In this document: positions 63,800 to 64,000 of the stretch, piece by piece
How the letters are laid out: every line of letters begins with the position of its first letter
How positions within the stretch are numbered: position 1 is the first letter of the stretch
Made by a program: the position numbers and the translations under genes
IMG/VR virus record: IMGVR_UViG_3300035670_000166
Direction: 5' to 3' (one strand)
DNA length: 64,000 nt
Source of the DNA: an uncultured virus (IMG/VR IMGVR_UViG_3300035670_000166)
Lineage: Duplodnaviria; Heunggongvirae; Uroviricota; Caudoviricetes
The notes under the pieces: generated by a model
What the model was told of the DNA's origin: nothing
Seen by the model: only the letters and a program-made list of their open reading frames with translations
Database searches by the model: none

Positions 63800-64000
63800 T
63801 GGCAGTCCTCGGTGTTGGCGGTGTTCTTGACATCAGCCGGGCGATCCCCGAGCCCGTTGCGCTGTCGTCCGCCCGTATCAACACCGGCAGCGCCACGACA
63901 ACCATCTCGCTGACAAACCCCGGCTACTGGGCGGGCGACCGGATCATCATCGCGTCATCGCTTGGTGTGCCGTTCGATGTCAACGGTGACGGCTACGCCG
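63799..64000 (+). CDS. Tail protein, truncated by the window edge
   Basis: TGATG coupling; MAVLGVGGVL..., open to the end of the window. Confidence 0.6.
   Translation, partial: MAVLGVGGVLDISRAIPEPVALSSARINTGSATTTISLTNPGYWAGDRIIIASSLGVPFDVNGDGYA

Overview
The window is most of the genome of a GC-rich, temperate, long-tailed (siphovirus-like) cyanophage. The host is probably a picocyanobacterium such as Synechococcus or Cyanobium, inferred from the cyanobacterial AbrB-like regulator, group-2-like sigma factor, thyX and NblA-like gene. The order is circularly permuted: tail fibre and lysis genes (1-6 kb); an attP formed by the 3' half of tRNA-Ser(TGA) with integrase and excisionase (6.6-8.3 kb); replication and nucleotide metabolism (8.3-21.9 kb); a ~1.2 kb non-coding gap; a dense early region of small ORFs (23-33.4 kb); terminase, tRNA(CAT), portal and head genes (33.5-48.2 kb); and head-tail connector and tail genes (48.3-64 kb). 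The most striking unexplained structure is at 38-45 kb, between the portal and the DUF2213 protease/scaffold. Four genes there are built from repeated cassettes: a short leader ending in R-x-D, a Cys motif (LKCGKGAISxGEKCTKG), a Gly-rich hydrophobic helix and an unrelated cargo, one of which is a membrane-anchored J-domain. Two of the genes also share a C-terminal YAxGFxxD tag. This looks like a protease-processed, capsid-packaged, shufflable effector system. Other notable items are a Csx16-like protein outside any CRISPR locus, an antisense NblA-like gene, a tRNA-like element with a shortened anticodon arm, a repeated structured leader motif in the early region, and a -1 frameshift in the tail chaperone. 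All family assignments come from motif recognition by eye; no database searches were run.
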